Shown here: positions 38,281 through 51,079 of the stretch, one piece after another
Layout: every line of letters starts with the position of its first letter
Position numbering within the stretch: the first letter of the stretch is position 1
NCBI RefSeq assembly: GCF_963921235.1
Contig: NC_086097.1
Span: forward strand, 171,184,001 to 171,248,000
Direction: 5' to 3'
DNA length: 64,000 bases
Source: Mobula hypostoma
Lineage: Eukaryota
Translations under genes and position numbers: made by a program
The notes under the pieces: generated by a model
The model's database searches: none
The model's input: the letters and a program-made list of their open reading frames with translations, nothing else
What the model was told of the DNA's origin: nothing

Positions 38281-38914
38281 CTTCTTCCAGCGGAGGTTTT
38301 CTTTGTATTCCTTGAAGACATTGTTGAAAACTTTCTTTCGCTGTTATTGTAGGTACTCTAGTTTTTGACCAATGGAAATAGCACAACGCCGCCACGGAAA
38401 ATGAAATAGTATACCATTTCCTTTTCGCTTGTTTTCTGTGGATGTGTCCTGCGCATGCCCAGTAGGAGGAGATTCGCCCAAATACCCGTTTTAATGTGGA
38501 CAGAGGTATTTTCAAAAATGCCTGGTGTGGACGCCTATTGTTTTTACGCGAAACCAGCGTTTTAAAAATCATCCGGTTTAGTGTGGACATAGCCTCACAG
38601 ACTTTATGGCAGATTTGTGAACACCACACATTTCATTGCATAACGAGAATCAATCTTCTCTCCATTGACTATCTACTTCCTGCTACCTTGGGATAGCAGT
38701 TAACATTATCAAAGACCCCACCCACACCAACATTCTCTCCTCTCACTCTCCCATTGAGCAGAAGCTAAAAACGTCTGAAAGCACCTACCACCAGGCTTCT
38801 ACACTTTTATTATAAGACACTTGAACAGAACTCTCGTATGATAAATATGAACTTTTGATCTCATAATCTACCTCATCGTGCCTCTTATACTTTATCTGCC
38901 AACCTGCAATTTCG

Positions 38915-39572
38915 TGAACAATTTCGAGTCTCTGGTGTTAATATCTCTGAGGACCTCACCTGGTCCCAACATATTGATGCAGTTATAAAGAAAGCAAGAC
39001 AGTGGCTATATTTCATTATGATTTTGAGGAGATTTGGTATGTCGTTTAAAACACTCAAAAATTTCTACAGATGTACCCTGGAGAGCATTCTGACTGGCTG
39101 CATCACTGTTTGGTATGGAGGGGAGGTGCTACTGCACAAGATCGAAATAAGCTTGCAGACAGTTATTAAATTAGTCAGCTCCATCATGGGTACTAGTATC
39201 TGTAGTATCCAAGACACCTTCAAGGAGCAATGACTCAAAAAGTGACATCCATCATTAAGGACCCCCAGCACCCAGGACATGCCTTCTTCTCATTGTTACC
39301 ATCAGGAAGGAAGTACAGAAGCCTGAAGATACACACAGCATTTCAGGAACAGCTTGTTCCTCGCTGAATGGACATTGCATCCATAGACACTATCTCACTA
39401 CTTCTTTATTTCTGTTCTTGCACTAGTTATTTAATTTATCTATTTAATATACATATATATTATGTCATTTACAGTTTTTTATACATATTTATCATGTGTT
39501 GCATTGTACTGTTGCTGCAAAGTTATCGAACTTCATGATATGTGCCAGGGATATTAAACCTGATCCTGATTC
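38915..39572 (+). mobile_element. Rex1/Babar LINE 3' fragment
   Basis: ORF 39018..39233 reads LRRFGMS…FYRCTLESILTGCITVWYG. Tail (CTGAT)-like. Confidence 0.8.
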
Positions 39573-39974
39573 TAACTTTCTCAAACTGTAACACTATTAT
39601 TTGCATTCTGTACTGACTTTGCTTTTGTACCATCTCAGTGTACAGTACGAAATACTCTGACTGTGTGTCATATAAAGGCTTTTCACAGAATCTAGCATAA
39701 GTGATAATAATAAACCAATTAGTATTGCAGACATTTCTAGTTTAATGTCAGCTTTTTGACATTGTCCCACTTCCCAAAAGCTGCTGATACGGTCATCTGC
39801 AGTTCTCGCCATCTATGGTAGGGTTCCATTCCTGCAAACTGTTCATAACCCAGGCAGTCTGCAGGTCAGAAATGTGGCCATGAACTGAGTTTCCAGATGG
39901 CAGAAGATATTTGCTGCCAAATCCATCCAGTCAGTCTCCCTAACAATTGTCAATTGTTCCTATATATGGAACAC

Positions 39975-40142
39975 ACACACACATAACGCCGAAGGTTTGG
40001 GCCAAGGCCTTTCATCAGGCTCAAGATGAAGGGACTCAGCCCAAAACATTTATCTCCATAGATGCTGCCTGACCTGCTGAGTTCCTCCAGCATTATGTGC
40101 ATGTTTCTTCAGATTCCAGCATCTGCAGTCTCTCTTGTGTCT
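39975..40142. mobile_element. Degraded Penelope-like fold-back terminal fragment
   Basis: …cctttcatcagg…gatgaagggactcagcccaaaac…agatgctgcctgacctgctgagttcctccagca…, same family as 41150-41380. Confidence 0.65.
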
Positions 40143-40749
40143 TCACATGAATGGGCTGTGCATATATTGAGCATTGGTAACGTGGTGTGTATCTATTTAG
40201 TTTTTTAAAATGTCAGCCTCATATTTTGGAACAATCATGAAGGTAGATATCAATGTAAGCCTTTCTCATGTCTTAATAGTAAAGGAACTGACACCATTGT
40301 GGCAGATATGGATTAATGTTCCAGCTACGTTGAATAGTAATTGTGTCTTTTTACATCAATATCATTGAACATCCTGAATGTAGTTTGTTAAGAATGTTCA
40401 ATTTGTGGTTCAGATTGTGGAATGTGGTTGTTGAACTGGTTTATAAAGTGATTCTAATCATTCAGTTCAGAAAAGAACATTCAGAAGGAAGTACATTCAG
40501 AACTCAAGGATCAATGTTGTTGAGATAGATTGTTCACCAAAAAGTGTCAGAAATTACACTTAAGGCTAAGTTTATATTCACTGTTTGTTAAGTGCTTCTG
40601 CAGATCAATAGTTATCTTTGTGTTTCATGGATTAATACCTAATGGAAACATATCAACATTAATATTGTTTGGAAATAAGAATAATGTGTTATGCAATATT
40701 ACAATAATGATACTGTTTTTATTAATAGGAATCTGTTTATAAGTATGAA

Positions 40750-41105
40750 AATGCTATGGAGGTGTATAAAATCATGAGGGGTGTATTTAGGATGAATGTA
40801 CAAAGTCTCTTCCCCAAAGTTGGAACTAGAACGAAAGTGCATAGCTTTAAAGGGAAAGGTGAACAATTTAATAGACATTTGAATGGCATGTTTTTTACAC
40901 AGATGGTGGTATGTATATGGAATAACCTGCCTGAAGAAGTGTTTGAGGTAGGTACAACAACCAATTCAAAAAGCCATTTGGACAGGTATATGGATAGAAA
41001 AAGTTTTGAAGGATATGGCTGAAATGCAGGCAAATGAGACTAGTTTGGATATGTAGCTTGGTCTGCACAAGCCACTTAGGCTAAACGGCCTGTTTCATGA
41101 TTCTA
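40750..41105 (+). mobile_element. CR1 3' end
   Basis: ORF 40756..41022 reads EVYKIMRG…FFTQMVVCIWNNLP…LDRYMD. Confidence 0.8.
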
Positions 41106-41149
41106 TCACATACCAGAGAGGCAATACAAGCCAGAATGATATGGAGCAA

Positions 41150-41380
41150 GCAACACACACAAAATACTGGAGGAACTCAGCAGGCCAAGCAGCATCTATG
41201 GAAAAGAGTACAGTTGACGTTTCGGGTTGAGACACTTCATCAGGATTGGAGCAGATGAAGGGTCTCAGCCTGAAACTTTGACTGTATTCTTTTCTATAGA
41301 TGCTGCCTGGCCTGCTGAGTTCCTCCAGCATTTTGTGTGTGTTGCTTGGATTTCCAGCATCTGCAGATTTCCTTTTTTTT
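41150..41380. mobile_element. 231-bp Penelope-like fold-back insertion with a perfect 14-bp TSD
   Basis: ATGATATGGAGCAA at 41136-41149 and 41381-41394. Inverted arms of about 95 bp plus an unpaired tail of about 32 nt. Confidence 0.85.
41212..41247 (-). ncRNA. Minimal hammerhead ribozyme-like motif
   Basis: Minus strand AAUC-CUGAUGA-agugucucaaccc-GAAA-cg-UC-AACU. The catalytic core is intact but the stems are mismatched. Confidence 0.55.
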
Positions 41381-41637
41381 ATGATATGGAGCAAAATCAC
41401 TTGGAAAGCAATGTGAACCTGGTTGAACCTGGTTCCTGGAATTTGAATCACATTATTATTGCCATACGTACTGAAGTATAGTCAAAAACTCTGTTCAAAT
41501 TTCAAAGTAAATTTATTAGCAAGTTATGTACGTGCCACCATATACTGCTCTGAGATTCATTTTCTTACAAATATGCTCAGTAGAACAAAGCAATACAATA
41601 GAATCAATGAAAAACTACACCCAACCAAACTGTACAA

Positions 41638-42774
41638 CCCACATAGGAGATTAGTGGGCAAAATTAGGGCAGATGGTATTGGGGCAGAGTACTGACATGG
41701 CTGGCTGACAGGAAACAAAGAGTAGCGATCACTTTCAGAACGGCAGGCGGTGACCAGTGGGGTACCGCAGGGTTCAGTGCTGGGACCGCAGCTGTTTACA
41801 ATACACATTAATGATTTAGATGAAGGGATTAAAAGTAACATTAGCAAATTTGCAGATGACACAGAGCTGGGTGGCAGTGTGAAATGTGAGGAGGATGTTA
41901 TGAGAATGCAGGGTGACTTGGACAGGCTGGGTGAGTGGGCGGATGCATGGCAGATGCAGTTTAATGTGGATAAATGTGAGGTTATCCACTTTGGTGGTAA
42001 GAACAAGAAGGCAGATTATTATCTAAATGGAGTCAAGTTAGGAAAAGGGGAAGCACAACAAGATCTAGGTGTTCTTGTACATCAGTCACTGAACGCAAGC
42101 ATGCAGGTACAGCAGGCCGTGAAGAAAGTTAATGGCATGCTGGCCTTCATAACAAGGGGAATTGCGTATAAGAGCAAAGAGGTCCTTCTGCAGCTATACA
42201 GGGCCCTGGTGAGACCACACCTGGAGTATCGTGTGCAGTTTTGGTCTCCAAATTTGAGGAAGGACGTTCTTGCTATTGAGGGGGTGCAGCGTAGGTTCAC
42301 AAGGTTAATTCCTGGGATGGCAGGACTGTCATATGTTGAACGATTGGAGCGACTGGACTTATATACACTGTAATTTAGAAGGATGAGAGGGGATCTGATT
42401 GAACATATAAGATTATTAAGGGATTGGACACGCTGGAGGCAGGAAGCATGTTCCCGCTGATGGGTGAGTCCAGAACCAAAGGCCACAGTTTAAAAATAAG
42501 GTGTAGGCCGTTTAGAACGGAGTTGAGGAAAAACTTTTTCACCCAGAGAGTGGTGGATATGTGGAATGCTCTGCCCCAGAAGGCAGTGGAGGCCAAGTCT
42601 CTGGATGCTTTCAAGAAAGAGGTGGATAGAGCTCTTACTGATAACGGAATCAAAGGTTAAGGGGATAAGACAGGAACTGGATACTGATTGTGGATGATCT
42701 GCCATGATCACAGTGAATGGCAGTGCTGGATCGAAGGGCCAAATGGCCTGCTCCTGCACCTATTGTCTATTGTC
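41638..42774 (+). mobile_element. 5'-truncated CR1 of the same subfamily as 421-2507, nested in a Rex-type 3' UTR
   Basis: ORFs 41750..42373 and 42424..42660. Nucleotide sequence is nearly colinear with 1352-2507, ending in a TATTGTCTATTGTC tail. Confidence 0.95.
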
Positions 42775-42809
42775 AAACACTGCAAAGCAACCAATGTGCA
42801 GAAGAAGAC

Positions 42810-43360
42810 ATGCCATCCATACAGATCACTTAATTACATCAGTACATTGAGGTGGTACAAGAGAAAAAAATACCAGAATGCAGAATAAAGTGTTACAGTT
42901 ACAGAGAAAATGCAGTGCAGGCAGACAGTGAGGTGCAAGACCATAACAGGGTAGATTGTGAGGACACGGCTCAATCTTAACATGCTCGGAGATTATTCAA
43001 TAGTCTCATAACAGTGGGATAGAAGCTGTTCTAGAGTCTGGTGGAACAGGCTTTTATATCTTCTGCCTGATGGGATGGTGGCGGGGGGAAGAGAAGAGAG
43101 AATGACTCCGGTGGGTGGGGTCGGTGAAAATGTTGACAGCTTTACTGAGGCAGCGAGATATGTAGACACAGTCCATGGAGGGAGGCTGGTTTCTGTGATG
43201 TGCTGAGCTGTGTACTCAACTCTCTGCAGATTCTTGTGGTTCCAGGCAGAGCAGGTGCCATATGAAGTGGTGATGCATCCAGATGAGATGCTGTTTATTG
43301 CACATTGATAAAAATTAGTGAGAGTCAAAGGGAACACACCAAATTTCCTCAGCCTTCTGA
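42810..43360 (-). mobile_element. Rex1/Babar 3' fragment
   Basis: ORF 42993..43337 reads TNFYQC…AQHITETSLP…SGRRYKSL. Confidence 0.8.
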
Positions 43361-46300
43361 AAAAAAGGTTCTAAGGTTTATTTAATATCAAAGCATGCAA
43401 CTCTGAAATGCTTCTTCTCTAGGTAGCCATTAAACCAAGAAAGAAAAGAAAGGCAGCTCGATCATCAGCCCCCAAATCCCCCTTCCCCACAGAAAAACAC
43501 AAACAAAAATGGAACAGACACATCATCCTCAAATCCCTCCTCCCGCACAAAAAACGAGAAACATCGGTCAAAATACACAGAATATAAAAAATATAAGACT
43601 GAAAAGAGATATCTATAGTTCAAGTCCACATCCAAAATGCAGAAAAGCTGGGTAACATCATCCCCTCTTCAGGAGCATAGCAGAGAGATCCTCAGCGATC
43701 AAACGACAGGCAGCTGGCATTCACCCTCCACACTCATCTCAATGCTTCAATCTCACTCATTGTTTTAGTCAGCGCACAATGGAAACTTAAATCAGTGAAA
43801 ATCAGGCTGTGTGCTACGAGGTTTATGCACACTACTTCTTTCTCCCGAAATCCTCTTGGAGACTGCAGAGCACTGGAACAAACAAACGATCTCCTAACTT
43901 TCACATTTGCCTCGCTGTTTCAATCTCCCTTGTCGCTTTAATCAGCGAAATGGAGCTGAACATCAGCTCATGCTTCATCCCTCAACCTGCCTGCCATGAG
44001 ATTCGCTCACCCTGCCTCTGCTTCCCAGAATCCTCTCTGAGACTGCAGAGCACTGGAACACCCAAACCATCTCCAAACAGCAAATCACAGGCTCCAACAG
44101 TTCCAGAAATACATTCAAGATGAAAAGCAAACATAACAGGCATAGAGCAAGTGATCTATCCAGTTGTACGGAGACTCCTTCTTGACTGGAATCGGAATTA
44201 ATTCAGAATAGAGACAGTAGCCATGTTATCTACATGGTTGGTCCAGGAGGGTTATTATTGGTGGTCATTCATAGTAACTTAAAGCTCTTAAACTTGAAAT
44301 TTGAAGGTAACACATGTTCCTATTCATCCCAATATTCTGGATGTAAAGTATTGCTTTGCAGGACTTCAATTTTAACCAACTTGACAATATTTTGCAGGAT
44401 ACCAGATGAACTTTATCATTGGAATCAAACACCAATGTTTCAATTACCCAACATAGTAACACTTTCAGTGCTACGGTGACTTTGGTCTTGCTTACTGCAG
44501 TCCAGTTGTGCAATAATTCCACTTAGTGATCAATCTCCAGGTTGTACATTTGTGTACTCTGTACCTGTGACTTGAATACATTGATATTTCTCAGTGTCCT
44601 CAGATGCACTAGGCTCAGGAATTTGGTGCTGAGCAAACAAATGTACATTTCTGTCCACCTTTCTGCACTCTCTCACTGTGTAAACACATTAAAGGCCATT
44701 AACATACATTAATGCTTGTTTAGTTTGGTAAGGACTCAGTCCGTCTAAACCAAAGGAAGAACTCAGTCACTGGCTGCTTCATTTTTGAAATGTCCCAATG
44801 CACAGTCATTGTGCTGAAACATTTAACACTCTTGCTACACATGCTACCTGACCTACTGAGTGCTTCCAGCATGTTTTGTTTTACTTCAGGCTATTAATAT
44901 ATTTTCCCTCTGAAATCCCAAAGATGATCTGTTAGGTCAGTTGACTGGCCACTGAAATTGCTCTCAGTCAGTGAGTGGTGGAGTATGAAGAGAATTGATC
45001 GGAATCTGGGAACAATAAAATGGGATTAATGTAGAATTAGTTTGAAAATGCTGCTCAGCATCGACTTGATGGGCCAAAGGGCCTATTCAAGTTCTGTGTG
45101 ATTCTATGACCATCACTTTTCCCGATGAAATAAATATCTACTGTTCCCCTGCCTTCCCCCTTTCAAAGCCATTTTCTTTGTCTTGTCCAACTTAAAATCA
45201 ACATTAGCTCTCTCTTTCCTAGTTTCGCTGAAGTGCCTTCTGCCTGAGATATTCCACAAATGCTGACCAAGTATTTCCTGCATATTCTGTATCTTATTTC
45301 AGATTTCAAGTAGCAGCAGTTAATGGATTTTCACATTTCAATTATACTATCATCCTGTTATAGACTTTACTTTCATTAACAAAACTCTATTGATAAAAAG
45401 ATGGGAAATTAATTGTACCAGAAGTGTACCAAATTTTTACCACTTCAGTTTTTCTATTTTCTATTAAAAAAATGGCACAAGTTCATATTATCAAAGCAAG
45501 GAATGGCAAATGATAGAAATCTGAAACAAAAACAGGGAATTCTGGAAACACTCAGCAGGTCAGACAGCATCCATGGAGAAGGTATTAGAGCTACCAACAC
45601 AGGATGCTCTTGGGGTGATTGAGCTTCGGTGTTAATCAGACAAAGTCCATCCACATTTAATACAGACCATCCCTGGGTTATGGACCCAACCTATGGATGC
45701 CCATACATATGAAAGAGGCCCCACAATTATCAAATTAAAAAGTCCGATGTATGTACACGGATGCTTTCTTTGGAACAGCAGAGTTAGCTTTTCTCATTAT
45801 GCATCGCACCTTATTGCATACTAGCACTGCATTTGCTCTGTAGCTGTTGCACTTTATTCTGCATTCTGTTATTGTTTTCCCTTGCATCATCTCCAGGCAG
45901 TCTTGTAATGAATTGATCTGTGTGAACAGTATGCAAGATTGTAACACTGAACATTCATGCATGTGACAATAGGAAACCAATTCTAATTCCACTTCCAATT
46001 CACTCTCTCTCCACTTTCAGTAATTGTTCTTTTTTTTTATCAGTCTTGCATATTTTGATGTTGTTCATTACAATGCTCTGGAGGTGTGGTACCATATTGA
46101 GGAATTTTTGTGCATTTGCCAACCTATGGATAAAATCAATTGAAAAAATGGAACCTATTTATTGCCCAAGGCAGCCTATGCAGTACATCATTTCTAATGA
46201 AGAAGCAAATCACTACAGGTCCCTCCTAAATTGCTGTCTGAAGCTGCTCACGTTACTGAAGTTAACAAGACAATTAATGCAGGATTGGTGTAAAGGATGT

Positions 46301-46645
46301 AGACGGTCACTGAGGACTCGATGATTGAAAGTCCTATTTCCATGTTATTCTGTTCATCACTCTTCATCACTCCAAGCTCTATAAGATATAGCCTTACAAA
46401 GCTAAACCAGAGCCTTTGCTTTGAACAATATGCAGTCCTCAGGGAAGTCTTCAATGTTCATCTGCAATGATATTTGTTCAGGCAGAACACTCTTTAACCT
46501 TCAACCAGTATCTGAATGCTTGATAGACCTAGTACTTGAAGTGAACATTGATCTCCAAGCCAACCAGCTGTCAGGTATTAACCTATATTCATGTTGTGTC
46601 CTACAAAACTGAACTACAGCCTCCAGGCAGAGACCATGTCGTTAT

Positions 46646-47505
46646 TGTTGGAGGTATTAACACTCAACAATAATGATCAACTAGGCACAGGGAGAATCCG
46701 TATTCACTGACAAATACCATTATTGGCTCAAGTAGCAAACACATGAGTTTGCAAAACCAAATACCAGAGCACATAATCACTAGGCCTCTCTGATCCTTCC
46801 TGAACAAAGAACAGAAACAGTAATACCCGGAAAAAGGAGTCTACACTGGCCAGGTATTCCTCTTGATCCCAGTGTATTCTCCACATTTTCAATGTGGGGT
46901 CATCCTTGTCCACGATGGTTGGTCTCCAGAGTTGTCACAGTCTGTACTGCTGAAATCTTCCATTCTTACCCTTTTCCTTGTCAGGTCAATTGGTTATGTT
47001 TTGATTTCATTGGCTCGGGTTCATCTTACTGACCTGTGTCAGCTTCTTATTGGATCTGGCCCAAGCCAACAAGCAGTATTACTTTATGGCTCTTCCTCCC
47101 AGAGTTGTGCCCTGGAGAACTTCTTTTGTTCTTTCCAACTCAGACTGATTCAGACCAATCCAGCCAGGTCAGCCAAAGACTGGACACAGGTCACTTCAGA
47201 ACACAGGCTGTGCTTTCTACAATCCTGCCATTTTTATGCAACCGGATTACCAACTTCTTAACTGGAAATGGTCTCAGGTTTAGTGGATCATCACCAAAAA
47301 CTCATTGTGTCCACATTCAATTACTCTGATTAAGCCATGCCTGAGCAAGAATCAATTCAGCAAACTGTTCACAAAATGGTAGCTGCAAGAACCGTCCTGT
47401 AAATTGTCAGCCTCCATTCTTTCAACCACATGCTTTGTCTGCTTCCACTATCCTTGCCTCATTTCTGTTTGCTGTTTTGCATATTTTAGTTCTTTCTCCC
47501 CAATA
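46646..47505. repeat. Unclassified interspersed repeat of about 860 bp, copy 1 (possible solo LTR)
   Basis: Colinear with 55314-56453. Shared blocks include GAGAATCCGTATT, GGAGTCTACACTGGCCAGG, ATGTGGGGTCATC and GTTCACAAAATGGT. Begins TGTTGG, ends CCAATA. Confidence 0.7.
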
Positions 47506-47514
47506 CTAAGAGGG

Positions 47515-47830
47515 TGACGTAGTCAGGCAGCTAGTAGTGCTGTTGCTTCATAGACCCAAAAACCTAGGTTCAGTCCTGACTGCAGGTGCTCTCTGTGTGA
47601 AGTTTGCACATTCTCCCTGTGACTGTGGGGGTCTAATTTCCTCACACATTCCAAAGGCATGTAAATGAACTATACATTACAGATTGCCCGAATTTATAGA
47701 TGAGTGAAAGAATCTGAGGGTGATGGGTTTATTGATGGAACATTTAGGAGAATAAGTAGGTTGTGGTATGAATTATGTAAAAGTGAATGGAGGGGACTGC
47801 TTCCGTGCTTTATGTCTCTGTGATTCTCTG
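47515..47830 (+). mobile_element. Degraded V-SINE
   Basis: ggttcagtcctgac…ctgtgtgaagtttgcacattctccctgtgactg…cacattccaaagg. Confidence 0.65.
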
Positions 47831-50014
47831 ACCACAAAGTATACTTAACACCAGTCTCAGGGTATCACTGCGACATTGGCAAGTGGTGACCATTGAACAT
47901 GAAAGCCTACAAGGACCTTGGAAACTTCTTGAGCAACTCCTAAAAATAAGATTATAGTAAGGAGTTGTGGTCACAGCCCAGCACATCACGGAAATGTCTA
48001 TCTCCTCCATGGACTCCATCTATAGTCCTCACCCCCTTGAGAAAGCAGCTTATATAATCAAAGACCCAGATATTCTCCCTCTTCTCTCCTGTCAGGCAGA
48101 AGACACAGAAGCTTAATAACATACACCACTAGGTTCAAGGACAACTTCAATGCCACTGTTATAAGACTCATGAACGGACATCTTGTATGATAAAGATGAA
48201 CTCTTGTTCACACAATCTATCTCATTATGCCTGCACCTTATTGTCTGCCTGCATTACACTTATTTTGTAAATGTAACACTTTACTCTGAATACTGTTAAT
48301 ACTTTTCCCCTGCACTACCTTGATCTACTGATGTTTTGGAATTATATATATGGATGGCACGAATAACAGTTTTTTCCTGTATCTTTGAACATATGGCAAT
48401 AATAAACCATTTACCAATGACTGTCACAAGAGATTCTGCAAATACTGGAAATCAGAACAATATGCACACAAAATGTTGGAAGAACTCAGCAAGTCAGACA
48501 GCATCTGTAGAGGGGAATAAATAGTTGATGTTTTGGCTGAGAGTCTTCATCAGGACTCTGTTTCTACTTTTTCTTAGCTTCTTTGCATCTGCCCTTGAAT
48601 TCAGATCAGTGTTTTGTTCCCCTTGGACTCTTCCTTTCCAATTTTAATGCTCTGCCTGATCTTCAGACTGTCTTTTCAAAGTCTCCACCTTCTACATTCC
48701 TCCCCATGACTGGTTCAGTGGATCTGGCTCCACTAATGGAACTAAATCTCTAACCTTCATTACTTGTGCCCTGAAGCTTTGATTCTGAGAGAGGATGACT
48801 GGGGTATTCAATTCTCTGGGATGTGAAACAATTTATCGGCAAAATTGCACAATATGTCTGATGCATTTTCCAATCCTTTTTTATTTATTTCTCAGCTAAA
48901 CAACAGAGCACATAAATTTCCTGAATTATATTTCTCCAAAGCCCTCTTACAGAATTTACTGCTCTCACCAACATCCCGATTCAATCAGGATTCAATCGAA
49001 CCATCTCTCCCAGTGAGTGACTACACTGCTCCTCATTCTTTTTCTCTGTTTCTTTCAGTAGCTGTCTTGTTGGCACTTAATCACCTGTCAGCACCAAGAA
49101 AAAGCATTCGGCCCTTCACGTTTTGACCAGCTCCTCTTCTTGTCTCCATAGCCCTATAAGATGTCCTGTATTTTTAAATTTTACTCAAGCAAATTTCAGT
49201 ATCAGAATTGGAATCAGATTTAATGTCACTCTTATATGTTATGAAATCTGTTGTTGTGTGGCAGCAGTACATTGCAGTACATAATAATAAAAACTGTAAA
49301 TCACAGCAAGAAGTACATATATATTTAAAAAGTTAAATTAAATAAGTAGTGGAAAAAGAGAATAAAAAGTAATGAAGTAGTGTTCGTGGTTCAATGGTCC
49401 ATTCAGAAATCTGATGGCAGAGGGAAAGAAGCTGTTCCTGAGTTGTTGAGTGGTTGAGTGTGTGCCTTCAGGTGTCTGTACCTCCTCCCTGATGGTAGCA
49501 ATGATAGGATATATCAATAGTAAGTGTTAAATGGAGTGTCAATCCAGTTAAAATATGCAACATGATCTCTTTTTCATATTTTTCTTAATCTCTCTTGTTC
49601 TACCTCTTCTACTTCCATATCTTTCCTTCTTCTTCCATATCTTTACTTATTTCTCGCCTTCTTTCATCCTATTTTTTCCCTTCTACCTCTTTTTATCTTT
49701 CTCACTCTTTCTCCTTTTCAGATTTCACTCTTTTTTGCTTTACTGCTCCTCGCTGTTTCTCTCACTGCCCTTTCTCTCAGTATTCTGTCCATGGCTGCCA
49801 GGAAGAACTGAAACACAGGGCCCTAAGCCCCTTCCCACCACCCCACCATCTTCTGGCTAAAGTACAATCTCTGGAAAATAAAACAAGGAATAATTTGGGA
49901 ACAGCTTCTTCCCTCTGCCATCACACTTCTGAATGGTCCACGAACACTATCTTGTTCTTCCTTTTCTTTGTTTATGTTTATATTTTATAGATTTTTATGT
50001 ATTTGCAATACTAT

Positions 50015-50900
50015 AATCAATAAATATTGAGAACATGAAGATGACAATTCCTTAAAAGTGTGTTGATAGGTTCTGGGAACAATTCAGTGATAAAGCAGCT
50101 GAAGTTGAGTGACGGTATTTCCTCTAGTCCAAGAGATTGATGGATGAGGTGTAGAACTGAAACTGGTGGTGTGAGCTCTGAGGCTGCTGTATCTTCTTCC
50201 TGATGGCAGCAGCGAGAAGAGAGCAGGACCTGGGTGGTGGGGGTCCCTGATGAAGAATGCTGGTTTCCTGCAAAAACGCTCCATATAGATGATGGGGAGT
50301 GCTTTAACCATGATGGACTGGGCTGTGTCCACTACCTTTTGTAGGATTTTCCATTCAAAGGCATTGGTGCTTCCATACCAGGCTGTGGTGCAGGCAGTCA
50401 ATATACCCTCCACTTTATACCTGTAGAAGTTTGTCAAAGTTTTAGATGTCATGCTAAATCTTCGCAAACTTCCAAGGAAGTAGAGGCACTGCCGTGCTTA
50501 CTTCATAATTGCACTTATGTGCTGGATCAAGGCGGGTCCTCTGAAATGAATTTAATGATTTAAAGTTGCTGAGGACTGGCTCATGGACCTCCAGTTTCCT
50601 CCTCCTGAAGTCAATAATCAGCTCCTTGGTCATGCTGACACTGCGTAAGAGATTGTTGTTATGGCAGATTTTCAATTCGCCTCCTTTATGATGATTCATC
50701 ATTATCTTTGACTCGGCTGATGACAGCAGTGTCATCAGCAAATTTAAAAATGGTATTGGAGTTGTGCTCAGTCACACAGTCATAAGGGTAAAGCAAGTAG
50801 AGCACACAACCTTGCAGAGAACCGGTGCTGATGGAGATTATAGAGGGAATGTTATTACCAATCCAAACTGACTGGAAATTGAGTATTCAATTACACAAGG
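50015..50900 (-). mobile_element. Rex1/Babar fragment
   Basis: ORFs 50084..50467 (TNFYRY…LLPSGRRYSSL) and 50454..50741 (TKELIIDFRR). Confidence 0.8.
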
Positions 50901-51079
50901 AGGTATTAAGAATATACAGAGAATGAAGCCATATGGATCACCTGCAGGCAGAAGGGATATAGTTTAATTTTGCATCGTGTTCAGTGCAGACATTGTGGGC
51001 CAAATGGCCTGTTCTTGTGCTGTACTGTTCTTTGTTCTATATCCTATAAATCACTGTCTATGCACTGTTGTGATACTCT

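Larger units (their letters stand above)
37688..38594 (-). mobile_element. Non-autonomous PIF/Harbinger element carrying the start of a Myb/SANT-like ORF
   Basis: TIRs GGCTACGTCCACACTAGACCAGAT and ATCCGGTTTAGTGTGGACATAGCC, with a 3-bp TSD TCA at 37685-37687 and 38595-38597. The minus strand reads …FLVWTDDEVELLLRVTNDYK…DWESCQTKYNNI. Confidence 0.88.

Noticed and set aside
45660..45780. Possible Tigger/pogo-like terminal fragment
   Set aside because: Only one degenerate end is visible, with no partner TIR.
49555..49990. Hydrophobic F/L/S-rich ORFs resembling membrane proteins
   Set aside because: They come from translating a low-complexity pyrimidine-rich tract.
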